Positions 27,794-37,022 of a stretch of 64,000 bases of DNA are shown piece by piece. A program made the translations under genes and the position numbers. Each line of letters opens with the position of its first letter. Within the stretch, counting starts at the first letter, position 1. The stretch is from Candidatus Kaiserbacteria bacterium (GTDB lineage: Bacteria; Patescibacteriota; Minisyncoccia; Phycocordibacterales; Phycocordibacteraceae): positions 340,562 through 404,561 of the forward strand of contig OY969413.1 in assembly GCA_963699165.1 (NCBI GenBank), in the 5' to 3' direction. The notes beneath the pieces are model-generated. The model had not been told where the DNA came from. It saw nothing but the letters and a program-made list of their open reading frames with translations, and ran no database searches.

Positions 27794-28597
27794 CTATCCC
27801 CCGCACACGGCTTTGAGTGCCGCGAGGTCGTCGGCGGTTGGCACGAGATTTCCGCTTTCGTTTTGCGCGTACATTATTGATTTCGGATTGGTGTTATGGC
27901 CAAGGCCGATGGCATGGCCGAATTCGTGCGCGAGAACGCGCTCAAGCTGGGTATTGCCGACAAATTCAAAGACGCTGATTCGCTTTCCGGAATCATCCTG
28001 CACGTACTCGCCTTCTTCAAACGTGTGGCCCGCCGTCTGGTCATACTGTTCTACTTCAGCGTTCAGCGATGCAATGCTCGCATTGTATCGTTCGACTTCT
28101 GCATTGATAGAATCCGCCGTTTGTTTGAGTGCATCGCGTTCAAGGTTTAATGCGGCCGCTTCGCTCGGTGTGGCGCCGCCATGCGCGTTTACCTCGCTCA
28201 CTTTTTGATTATACGACTGCTGGTCGGCGATAAATTGCGCCTGCGCTACATCGAGCGCTGTGCGGGCTGTGTCGGCATTTGCTTGGGCGCTTGCAATCGC
28301 GGTGCCGATTTTCGCATTCGCCTGCCGCTCGTCGTAAATCAAGCTGATTTTAAGCGCGGCGGTCGGGTCGTATTTGAGAATCGTCTTTCCTTCCGCCTGG
28401 TTCCAAATATCCGCAGCGGCTTCCGCTTCATTCAAAACCGCCGTGCTTGAAATTCCAAAACGCGGGTCAACGGCGCCGACGGAATACGGAATCGGCTCGG
28501 CGCACGGCCGCGTCTGTTGGTAATCGGCATACATGCCAGCTCCCGCAATCGCGACGACAAAACACAACACCCACCATCGAATTGCATCTCCGCTCAT
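27794..28597 (-). CDS. Membrane-anchored zinc metalloprotease (matrixin/M10-like HEFGHAIGLGH) with a coiled-coil region.
   Basis: HExxHxxGxxH zincin motif, N-terminal TM, long alpha-helical A/Q/E-rich segment. Confidence 0.75.
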   Translation of the reverse strand: MSGDAIRWWVLCFVVAIAGAGMYADYQQTRPCAEPIPYSVGAVDPRFGISSTAVLNEAEAAADIWNQAEGKTILKYDPTAALKISLIYDERQANAKIGTAIASAQANADTARTALDVAQAQFIADQQSYNQKVSEVNAHGGATPSEAAALNLERDALKQTADSINAEVERYNASIASLNAEVEQYDQTAGHTFEEGEYVQDDSGKRISVFEFVGNTQLERVLAHEFGHAIGLGHNTNPKSIMYAQNESGNLVPTADDLAALKAVCGG

Positions 28598-29649
28598 TCG
28601 GGAAAGAGTTCCAAAACGGCAAGCTCAAGCGGAAGCGACTTAATGGGCGCGTAGCGTATGCGGTCTGCCGCAGTGAGAAATGCGAGTATCGTTGTATGCG
28701 TAATGCCTTCTTTGGGCGACCCGGCTTTGCCGGGTTTAGCCTCGGCCGCGAATTTTTCAAGAGCGGAGAATTCGTCCGCGCCGAGCTCGTCAGCGAGCGA
28801 GGCGCGGAGTTCTGGGGCATAGCGCAGCAAAAGCGTCGAGCGCAGCGTTTCGAGCACAAGCTGCAGAAATATTTTCATATCGGCGTCCGACTTCACCGCC
28901 TGCTCGATTGCAGTGAGCGCGCCTGCGCGCTCGCCTTTGGCGAGCGCGCGTACGAGCGCATGCACCTGTTCCCTCTTCGGCGCGCCCGTTGCCGCTTCAA
29001 CCGACTCGCGCGAAAGCGTTTTCCCTTCCGTCGCCGCCAAAACTTTTTGAAGCACCGAAAGCGCATCGCGATACGAACCTTCCGCAAGCATCGCGATGAG
29101 TTCGCCCGCGTCCGGCGCAAGCGAGTACCCTTCTTTCTTTGCTACCGCCGCAGTCATTTTCGCTAAAATCGCACGCGTCGGTTTTTTAAATTCAAACACC
29201 TGGCAGCGCGACTGCACGGTTTCCGGCACTTTCTCCAATTCCGTCGTCGCCAAAATAAAAACCGCATGCGCGGGCGGCTCTTCAAGCGTCTTCAAAAAAG
29301 CGTTCCACGCGCTTTTTGAAAGCATGTGGACTTCGTCCAATATATACACTTTGTACGGCGACTGAAACGGCAGCGTGTACACGCCTTCGGTCAGAGCCCG
29401 GATGTCTTCGACGGTGTTGTTGCTCGCGGCATCTATTTCATATAAATCGTTTTCCGTGCAACCGATTGCGTTTGCAAAAATGCGCGCAACCGACGTTTTC
29501 CCGAGGCCTCGCGAACCTGAAAAAAGATATGCATGTCCGATTTTCTTCGACTTCACTTCTTCCTCGAGCGGCTTGGTAACCTGCTCTTGTCCGACCACGT
29601 CGGCAAATGTCGCGGGACGATACGTGCGGTAAAGTGACTGATGCGCCAT
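28594..29649 (-). CDS. dnaX: DNA polymerase III subunit gamma/tau (short form).
   Basis: YRPATFADVVGQEQV...GHAYLFSGSRGLGKTS and a clamp-loader AAA+ module. Confidence 0.85.
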   Translation of the reverse strand: MAHQSLYRTYRPATFADVVGQEQVTKPLEEEVKSKKIGHAYLFSGSRGLGKTSVARIFANAIGCTENDLYEIDAASNNTVEDIRALTEGVYTLPFQSPYKVYILDEVHMLSKSAWNAFLKTLEEPPAHAVFILATTELEKVPETVQSRCQVFEFKKPTRAILAKMTAAVAKKEGYSLAPDAGELIAMLAEGSYRDALSVLQKVLAATEGKTLSRESVEAATGAPKREQVHALVRALAKGERAGALTAIEQAVKSDADMKIFLQLVLETLRSTLLLRYAPELRASLADELGADEFSALEKFAAEAKPGKAGSPKEGITHTTILAFLTAADRIRYAPIKSLPLELAVLELFPE

Positions 29650-29720
29650 ACGGGCAGTATAACCCAAAAACGAAAGCGGTCTCAAAAGAGAGACCGCTTC
29701 CCGAACGCAGCATCCGAGCT

Positions 29721-30197
29721 TCACTCGTAATGCCAGTCGACGGGCATCCGTACTACACCCTCCCCCTTGGCAACGATTCGATTGTCAGCCAAGTCGATAA
29801 CGTCGACCGAAACCCGTGCGAGCCTCGCGTTTCCTTTGCCGCTAATCACGATGTTGATGCGGGGTACTGAGCCAACGTGCAAATCGCCCCTGAAGCTGAT
29901 TTGCATGGCGGAGAACACTACGCACGATATTTTGGCGGAAACCATTGCAGCCGCCCACGTGATGAGAGCCGTACCGGGCAGAATCATTCCGGATGCAAAG
30001 TTCTGGCGTGCTGCCTCCAGATCATCGCGATGCAGAGGATTGACGTCCTTGCTGTCTCCATCGATGCCATCTGCCATGCCGATGATTTTCTCGATGGTGA
30101 GGGGCGCGAATATCTTGCTGATTTCGACTTGCCAGAGAGCTCGGTTTGCAGTTCCAACTGCGTGAGCTCCAAGTGCTGACTTAGACATTCCAGACAC
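29721..30197 (-). CDS. MaoC-like (hot-dog fold) dehydratase.
   Basis: NPLHRD motif and hot-dog fold pattern. Confidence 0.7.
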   Translation of the reverse strand: MSGMSKSALGAHAVGTANRALWQVEISKIFAPLTIEKIIGMADGIDGDSKDVNPLHRDDLEAARQNFASGMILPGTALITWAAAMVSAKISCVVFSAMQISFRGDLHVGSVPRINIVISGKGNARLARVSVDVIDLADNRIVAKGEGVVRMPVDWHYE

Positions 30198-30307
30198 GGG
30201 TCACTCCTTCATTGGCGAGTTGCTTCTAACCTCTAGAATGCCCTATTTCGCGAAAAAATCAAGCAGCCCGTAATGGTTCAATAGCTTGGACGCGATATCA
30301 TCGCGTC

Positions 30308-31192
30308 ATGGCATACACACAAAACCCGCACATGCCCAAGGTCAGAAGGGATGCTGCAGACATGGTGAGGAGAGGATATACGCCCACCGAGGTTGGCCGT
30401 CGGTTCGGCGTCGGGTCGAGTACGGTATGCAAATGGGTGAAGAAGGCGAAGATATACGGGTATCATCCGATTCCGACGCTCTCATCAAAACCGAGGAATC
30501 ATCCAAACGAGCTGCCGTCGAAGATTGTGAACAAGATTGTCGAGAAGCGTCTCGTACTCAAACGCTCGGCCGAGGTCGTACACCGGGCGCTCGAAGACGA
30601 GGGTGTCTCGGTGTCGCTCTCGTCGGTGAAGCGGACGCTCGGTCGTTTCGGCCTCATCAAAAAGCGGAGCCCGTGGAAACGGTACCACCCGCACTCGGAA
30701 CGTCCGGAAGCCGCATATCCGGGCGCTCTTGTGGAGGTGGACACCATCCATCTGGCACTCCACGGCAAAACGGTTCTGTACGTGTATACACTAATCGATG
30801 TATACAGCCGTTGGGCGTACGCCTGGGCGACCCCGCGCATCAACTGCCGCGTCTCTCTCCTCTTCGTGAAGCGGGCACAGGTTGCGGCACCATTCCTGTT
30901 CGAGTGCGTGCAGACCGACAATGGCCCCGAGTTCTCCATGCACTTCACCGAACGCCTCTCGATACGCCATCGACACACGAGAGTCAGGCAGAGCAACGAC
31001 AATGCGCACGTCGAGCGATTCAATCGCACACTGCGTGAAGAGTGTCTTGATGCTCTTTCGATTGAGATACGGGCAATCAATGCGATTCTGCCGACCTATC
31101 TGAGCGGGTACAACACCACCCGCCACCACTTCGGGCTCGACCTCAAAACGCCGCTCGCCATATTAACAGAATGCGTCCAAGCTATTGATTAG
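30308..31192 (+). CDS. IS481-family transposase (third, distinct family member).
   Basis: HTH followed by rve core (DNGPEF...NAHVERFNRTLREE). Confidence 0.75.
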   Translation: MAYTQNPHMPKVRRDAADMVRRGYTPTEVGRRFGVGSSTVCKWVKKAKIYGYHPIPTLSSKPRNHPNELPSKIVNKIVEKRLVLKRSAEVVHRALEDEGVSVSLSSVKRTLGRFGLIKKRSPWKRYHPHSERPEAAYPGALVEVDTIHLALHGKTVLYVYTLIDVYSRWAYAWATPRINCRVSLLFVKRAQVAAPFLFECVQTDNGPEFSMHFTERLSIRHRHTRVRQSNDNAHVERFNRTLREECLDALSIEIRAINAILPTYLSGYNTTRHHFGLDLKTPLAILTECVQAID

Positions 31193-31231
31193 AAAACGGC
31201 AGCCGGTCGGATAAACCGCCGGCTGTTGGAT

Positions 31232-31663
31232 TTAGGTTGCGACCCGTTTCGTTTTGAAGTCAATTTCATCCGGGAGCGGCAAGAAATCCTCGCCACACGG
31301 TTCGAAAGTCGGCAAAATGCTTTCGGTCCCGGAAATTTCCTCCGGAGGCGTCACCGCAATGAAATGATTGCCTGCCGTGAACATCCGCATATGAGAAAGG
31401 CAGCCCGTCGTATCTTTCCACCACCCATCTCCTTTATCGGGTACTCTTGAAACTCTAAAGTGCTCGTTTTCTGCTCCGTTCCTATCTTGTGCCTCACAAG
31501 AACGAAACAAGAATGTTCCATTTGTCTCCCGGTGAAAGTACAAGATGAATCGAGGAAGATTGGATTGTTGAGTGGAAAACTCCACCAAAGTCAATCTTTC
31601 GCCCGGCCTCATCACCCTGTCGCCAATCAGCCGAGCAAACAATTTCCGTGATTGTGTTGTCAT
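31232..31663 (-). CDS. Hypothetical protein in a low-GC insert.
   Basis: ORF. Local GC is about 50% against ~57% background. Confidence 0.4.
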   Translation of the reverse strand: MTTQSRKLFARLIGDRVMRPGERLTLVEFSTQQSNLPRFILYFHRETNGTFLFRSCEAQDRNGAENEHFRVSRVPDKGDGWWKDTTGCLSHMRMFTAGNHFIAVTPPEEISGTESILPTFEPCGEDFLPLPDEIDFKTKRVAT

Positions 31664-31669
31664 TTCAAC

Positions 31670-32134
31670 TCACCCTTTCGTCAATGCGAGGTCGCCCGCC
31701 GTCGTTGTTTCTTCCGTCGAATCAAGCATGAAGGGCGGCGGGTTAACTTTCTTCCATGCACCCACCTCCCAATCAGCCGTGTCGTTTTCGGCGTCCGATG
31801 CGCTAACGAGCCAACGGACGTCGTCACTCCAGCGACCGTTGTACTCATCCAGCGGTTGTTTATCCGCCAAATGAGTACATATCGTTACAAACCTCTCGTG
31901 AGCGTCTTGCTCCGTTTCCGATTCCGAATTCAACCGTAAAACGCGTTTTGCCAGAAGACGATTGGAACTTCCGCGCTTCAGACCGCACGGTACCGTCTTG
32001 ACGTAGTACACGATGAACTCCTCCGCCGGAGGCATACTGCGATCGCCGCACCCATACTTGCATGCGAACAGAATAAGAGAGACGCTCCCCAATCTGTACT
32101 CTGCAATCTTTTGTACAGCAGAGCTTTTGACCAT
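31670..32134 (-). CDS. Hypothetical protein in a low-GC insert.
   Basis: ORF 7 nt upstream of the previous one. Same strand and same compositional shift. Confidence 0.4.
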   Translation of the reverse strand: MVKSSAVQKIAEYRLGSVSLILFACKYGCGDRSMPPAEEFIVYYVKTVPCGLKRGSSNRLLAKRVLRLNSESETEQDAHERFVTICTHLADKQPLDEYNGRWSDDVRWLVSASDAENDTADWEVGAWKKVNPPPFMLDSTEETTTAGDLALTKG

Positions 32135-32185
32135 GAAAGAACTCCTGTCTCCCTTTCTCGGGCGACGATAGCAACTTTTTTGAGT

Positions 32186-33223
32186 TTACGCGCTTCGCAC
32201 GTATTTATCAATAACTCGCGCGAGGTCGGCGGCGGATTCCGTCTGCATCAGCCGCAAGCGAAGCTCGGCCGCGCCGTCAAAGCCGGTGACAAATGCCTTG
32301 ATGTGTTTTTTGAGAACCGCGAAATTCTTTGGCGGCGTGATTTTTTCGAAATTTTCGGCAAGCGAGGAGAGCGCCGCGAGCTTCTCGGCGAGCGGCGTGT
32401 CTTCTGTTTTTCGTCCGGCGAAGACCCACGGATTGCCGAACATCGCGCGGCCGAGCATTGCGCCGTCGCACCCCGCTTCCGCGACTTTTGCTTTTCCATC
32501 CTCAAGATTTTGGACATCGCCGTTGCCGATGAGGAGCACCTTCGGATTGATGCGATTGCGAATCTCGACCGCTTTTTTCATAAGTTCCCAATCTGCGGGA
32601 ACAAGCGACATTTCTTTCCGCGTGCGCAGGTGAAGCGTGATGGCGGCCGGCTCGGCTTCGAGAAGCGCCGTGAGCCACTCGTCGAGCGACTCTTTGTTGT
32701 AGCCGATTCTTGTTTTCACCGATACCGGCAAATCGCTCGCCTCCTTTGCTGCGCGAATAAGCTCGACCGCAAGTTTAGGGTTTTTTACGAGCGCAGCTCC
32801 CGCTCCCTGCTTTTCGATTGCGCGGTCCGGACAGCCCATGTTTAGGTCGACGCCATCGAAGCCGAGTTCGGCCACAAGTTTCGCCGCATACGATATCATG
32901 TCCGGCTTCGATGAAAAAATTTGCGCGACTATCGGACGCTCGTGTTCTGTGAATGCCAAGTCGCGCAGAAGCGGATTTTCTTCGTCGCTCATTTTTTTTA
33001 TTTCTCTTGTCACGTTAGAGACGCCCGGCGAAGCCGAGCCAGGTTCCTGTGGAACCTTGTCTCTAACGTGACGCGTATGGTACAAGCCGTCCGCCGAGAC
33101 GAATTCCGTCCAGAAGACATCCGGCGCTCCGCTGTTGGCGACCAACGCGCGGAACGCAACATCGGTCACATCCGCCATCGGCGCCATAACGAAAAACGGT
33201 TTATGCAGTTTTTCCCAAAACAT
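32186..33223 (-). CDS. dus: tRNA-dihydrouridine synthase.
   Basis: MAPMADVTDVAFR motif and FMN-binding TIM-barrel. Confidence 0.85.
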   Translation of the reverse strand: MFWEKLHKPFFVMAPMADVTDVAFRALVANSGAPDVFWTEFVSADGLYHTRHVRDKVPQEPGSASPGVSNVTREIKKMSDEENPLLRDLAFTEHERPIVAQIFSSKPDMISYAAKLVAELGFDGVDLNMGCPDRAIEKQGAGAALVKNPKLAVELIRAAKEASDLPVSVKTRIGYNKESLDEWLTALLEAEPAAITLHLRTRKEMSLVPADWELMKKAVEIRNRINPKVLLIGNGDVQNLEDGKAKVAEAGCDGAMLGRAMFGNPWVFAGRKTEDTPLAEKLAALSSLAENFEKITPPKNFAVLKKHIKAFVTGFDGAAELRLRLMQTESAADLARVIDKYVRSA

Positions 33224-33238
33224 ATCCGCACACTAGCA

Positions 33239-34090
33239 CTATTTCTTTTTCAGATACACCTTGCCGTCAAAGCGCAAATCCACGTATTCAATCGAGCCGT
33301 CGGCCAGATTGAGATTGCCGGACGCGGATGTGAGCGCCGTAAACGCGTTCTGCTCGTTACCGAGAACATAGGTAATGCGAGTCCCGCTTTTTAAGTAATC
33401 ATCAATTTCGTCCGCGCGGAAAACGATAGTCATGACGGGCGAACCGAACGTGCCAAGCTGCCGCGCAAAATCGAACGCCGCCGGAAGTTTCCCGACGTTC
33501 GGCAGAGTAACGCCGAGCGGCGAACTTGATGCAGTGCGTCCCGACAGCGGTTCATATACCGAAAAAGCATTTATCGGTTGAATCGCATCGCTTGCCGTTG
33601 CATACACGAAGCCGCTTGCATCAAACAGGTAGCAGGCGGGTGTCGGCGGCTCCGCGGGAGTAGTGCTTGCGTTTTCTGCCGCGGCGGGCGCAAAACCGCA
33701 CCAGCGCGCAATCGGCACCCGAGTGTCCACTTTAATCGAGACGCTCGAGAGTCCGGTTCGAAAAATAGAAACTGCGGCAATGTCCGAGTCGGCCGCAAAG
33801 AGTGCCGCGCGAATGTCGGATTCCGGTAAGAAGAAAGTCGAATTGCGCGGAACCACACCGAAATAACTTCCGCGCATTTGCGATATGGCAACGTCCGCAA
33901 GGGATTGGTCGGCTCCGAAAATCTGCACGCGCGATATGCGTACGGCGTTCTGGTTGAGTTCGTAAACGATTCCGACGCACGCAAACAGAAGGATAATTAA
34001 AAAAACGATGAAGGCGCGGCGGCGGCGCAGCCGCCGCCGCGCCGCAAGTCCTTTGCTATCCCGCTTTGCCGATGATTGTCTTTCCGACAT
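33239..34090 (-). CDS. FtsQ/DivIB-like cell-division protein (N-terminal cytoplasmic tail, TM, POTRA).
   Basis: R-rich N-terminus, TM, VRISRVQIFGADQ...DVAIS POTRA-like start. Confidence 0.5.
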   Translation of the reverse strand: MSERQSSAKRDSKGLAARRRLRRRRAFIVFLIILLFACVGIVYELNQNAVRISRVQIFGADQSLADVAISQMRGSYFGVVPRNSTFFLPESDIRAALFAADSDIAAVSIFRTGLSSVSIKVDTRVPIARWCGFAPAAAENASTTPAEPPTPACYLFDASGFVYATASDAIQPINAFSVYEPLSGRTASSSPLGVTLPNVGKLPAAFDFARQLGTFGSPVMTIVFRADEIDDYLKSGTRITYVLGNEQNAFTALTSASGNLNLADGSIEYVDLRFDGKVYLKKK

Positions 34091-35324
34091 ACGGCACAAG
34101 AGCATCAGGCACCTTAATCGTTCCATCGGCCTGCTGATAATTTTCTACGATGGAAACAAGAATGCGCGGCGTCGGAATGGCGGTCGAATTAAGCGAATGA
34201 GGAAAGCGCATATTCCCGTCCGCATCGCGGTAACGGATATTCAAACGGCGTGTCTGGAAATCATGGAAGTACGAAGCCGAGCTGATTTCCCGATACGTCT
34301 TTTCTCCCGGCACCCACAATTCGATATCGTATTTTTTTACCTGTCCGAGACCCAAATCCCCGCCGCAGTTTACAACGGTGTGATACGGGATGTTCAACAG
34401 CTCGATAAATTCTTCGGTATTGTGATTCAGCCATTCGTGCAAACGAACAGATTCGTCGTGTTCGGCCTTGCACAAAACAACCTGTTCCCATTTGAAAAAC
34501 TCATGCACACGGATGAGCCCGCGTACATCCTTGCCGTGCGCACCCGCTTCACGGCGAAAGCACGGTGAGAACGCGAGAAATTGCACTGGGAAATCATCAC
34601 TGCTAAGCGTCTCGTTCATGTAATAGCTCATCGTCGCAACCTCAGCGGTTCCCGCGAGATAGTCGCCATCTTGCGTTTTATACAAATCTTCCTCGCCTTG
34701 CGGCAAATAACCGGTGCCGAGGAATGCTTCGCGCCGCACCAAGCTCGGCGCGCTAAGCGGCACCAATCCTTTTGCAGCGAAATGTTTCAGCGCTAATTGC
34801 CAAACGGCATTAGCAAGCAAAACGCCGTCTCCTTTTAAGAAGTAGCCGCGGAAACCCGCCACTTTGCTTCCCCGCTCAAAATCCGCGATGTCGAGCGCCG
34901 TCATGAGCTCGACATGGTCTTTCGGCGTGAACGCAAACTCGGTCGGCGTTCCCCATTTTTTCACCTCGAGATTATCGGCATCGCTTTCGCCGTCCGGCAC
35001 CGACATATCCGGAATGTTCGGGACGGTCAGCATCAACTTCTGCCACTCGACCATTACTTCTTTCAATTTCTCTTCGCTTTCGACCATGCCGTTTTTGAGC
35101 TGGCGCATCGCCTCAAGCAGTTTTTCTTTTTCGAATCCTTCGGCGCGCTGAATTTCATTGCTTCGGCGATTCTGCTCAGCGCGCTTCGTATCGAGCTCCA
35201 GGCGAAGTTTTTTCCGCTCATCGTCAACGGCAATCAGTCGGTCGATATCAACTTCCATGCGTTTTTTCGCCGCGCCCGCTTTGATAATATCCGCGTTTTC
35301 CCGAATGAAATGTATATCCAACAT
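34056..35324 (-). CDS. serS: Seryl-tRNA synthetase.
   Basis: N-terminal coiled-coil arm plus class II aaRS motifs. Confidence 0.9.
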   Translation of the reverse strand: MLDIHFIRENADIIKAGAAKKRMEVDIDRLIAVDDERKKLRLELDTKRAEQNRRSNEIQRAEGFEKEKLLEAMRQLKNGMVESEEKLKEVMVEWQKLMLTVPNIPDMSVPDGESDADNLEVKKWGTPTEFAFTPKDHVELMTALDIADFERGSKVAGFRGYFLKGDGVLLANAVWQLALKHFAAKGLVPLSAPSLVRREAFLGTGYLPQGEEDLYKTQDGDYLAGTAEVATMSYYMNETLSSDDFPVQFLAFSPCFRREAGAHGKDVRGLIRVHEFFKWEQVVLCKAEHDESVRLHEWLNHNTEEFIELLNIPYHTVVNCGGDLGLGQVKKYDIELWVPGEKTYREISSASYFHDFQTRRLNIRYRDADGNMRFPHSLNSTAIPTPRILVSIVENYQQADGTIKVPDALVPYVGKTIIGKAG

Positions 35325-35348
35325 GGTGTCTCCTAGTATACTGCACCT

Positions 35349-36203
35349 ATGGACATTCGCGAAATGAAAGACACGGAGCGGCCTGCAAAACTTTCAGAGA
35401 TTCCGCAGCCGCCGGAACGGTTGTGGATTTCCGGGTCGATGCCGCCCGCCGGAACAAAACTGCTTGCCGTTGTCGGCTCGCGCGCCTTAACGCGCTATGG
35501 GCAGGAAGCGTGCGAAAAATTGATTTCGGGACTTGCAGGATATCCGATTTCAATCGTAAGCGGACTCGCGCTCGGCGGCGACACATGCGCCCACCGCGCC
35601 GCGCTTCGCGCCGGACTGCACACCGTCGCCATTCCGGGTTCCGGTCTTGATGAGGAATTTTTATATCCGCGCGCGAACCTCGGACTTGCTAAAGAAATTC
35701 TGGCTGCGGGCGGTGCGCTTGTGAGCGAGCATGAGCCGCAGTACACGGCGCGCGCGTATGACTTTCCCTCGAGAAATCGGATCGTTGTCGGCATGAGCGA
35801 TGCGGTGCTTATTATCGAGGCAGGTGAAAATTCCGGCACACTTATTACCGCGCGGCTTGCGAGCGAATACAATCGCGAACTGCTCTGTATTCCCCACCGC
35901 ATCGGCGACCCGCACTCATTCGGCTCGCATCTGTTCATCCGACTTGGAGCGGCGCTCACGAGCGACCCCCTGCACATTCTCGAAGCACTCGGCATCGCCC
36001 CGCGCATGGAGAGCGCTGATTCCGCTCCAGTTGAACTTGATGGCGCGGAACTTGAAATCTGGGGTATGCTGGACGAGCCGAAGACGCGGGATGAAATTTT
36101 GCGAAGCACTGAAAGCGCAACGGGCGAAGTGCTCACGGCACTCGTCGCGCTTGAACTGCGCGGTCTCGCAAAAGAAGAATTCGGCCAATGGCACCGAGTA
36201 TGA
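35349..36203 (+). CDS. dprA: DNA processing protein DprA/Smf.
   Basis: LAVVGSR...IVSGLALGGDTCAHRAAL...GSGLD...GALVSE Rossmann-like DprA core. Confidence 0.85.
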   Translation: MDIREMKDTERPAKLSEIPQPPERLWISGSMPPAGTKLLAVVGSRALTRYGQEACEKLISGLAGYPISIVSGLALGGDTCAHRAALRAGLHTVAIPGSGLDEEFLYPRANLGLAKEILAAGGALVSEHEPQYTARAYDFPSRNRIVVGMSDAVLIIEAGENSGTLITARLASEYNRELLCIPHRIGDPHSFGSHLFIRLGAALTSDPLHILEALGIAPRMESADSAPVELDGAELEIWGMLDEPKTRDEILRSTESATGEVLTALVALELRGLAKEEFGQWHRV

Positions 36204-37000
36204 AAATCTATTCTTGGAACATGCTGTATCGGAACGCGGAACTCGACCGCGCTTTCGCGTTTATCCGGGAAAGCGATTTCGATATTTTTTGCCTTCAGGA
36301 AGTGCCGGAGAATTTTTTGGAGCGGCTGCAAACGCTGGATTGCAATATCGCCTACCGCACCGATGCGGAACGAGTATCAGCCGACGGGAGCGTGCGTATA
36401 TTCACCGTTATTCTGACGAAATATCCTATTGCCGGACAGGGTGAAATATCTTATGACGAGTATTGGCCGGATTACCCGCTACGCGCCCGCATTTTTACCC
36501 GGCTTATGAAGCCGTTTCATTTTGCGAAAATCGTGAACCGACACGCAGTGTTTGCCGATATCGTTCTTCCGAATATGCCGAGTCCGGTGCGCGTGTTCTG
36601 CATCCATCTTTCCTTAACGCACCCAGTACGGCGCCTTTCGGAATTCGAAGAGGTCATGACGTATTGCGACGATACCCGTCCAATGATTGTCTGCGGCGAT
36701 TTCAATATTCTTGAAGCGCCGCACATCACGATTTTGAATTGGATTTTCGGCGGCCGCCTGAGCGATTTCTTTCTCTACCGGCGAGAACGCGCGAACATCG
36801 AGCGCGTCTTTGCGAAATACAAATTGAAGAATGCGCTTCGCGGTAAAATCACGCATCCCCTCTCGCGCTCGCAGCTCGACCACATTCTTGTCTCGGATGC
36901 ATTTTCCGCGGCAAAAGCCGAGGTCATTCCCGACCGAATCGGCTCCGACCATCATCCGATTTTTGCCGAAATCGTCTTTCCACAACTTGACCATATATAG
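36188..37000 (+). CDS. Endonuclease/exonuclease/phosphatase (EEP) family protein.
   Basis: YSWNMLY...CLQEV and C-terminal GSDHHP motif. Confidence 0.75.
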   Translation: MAPSMKIYSWNMLYRNAELDRAFAFIRESDFDIFCLQEVPENFLERLQTLDCNIAYRTDAERVSADGSVRIFTVILTKYPIAGQGEISYDEYWPDYPLRARIFTRLMKPFHFAKIVNRHAVFADIVLPNMPSPVRVFCIHLSLTHPVRRLSEFEEVMTYCDDTRPMIVCGDFNILEAPHITILNWIFGGRLSDFFLYRRERANIERVFAKYKLKNALRGKITHPLSRSQLDHILVSDAFSAAKAEVIPDRIGSDHHPIFAEIVFPQLDHI

Positions 37001-37022
37001 GTGTCCGCGTTATGAGTGATGC

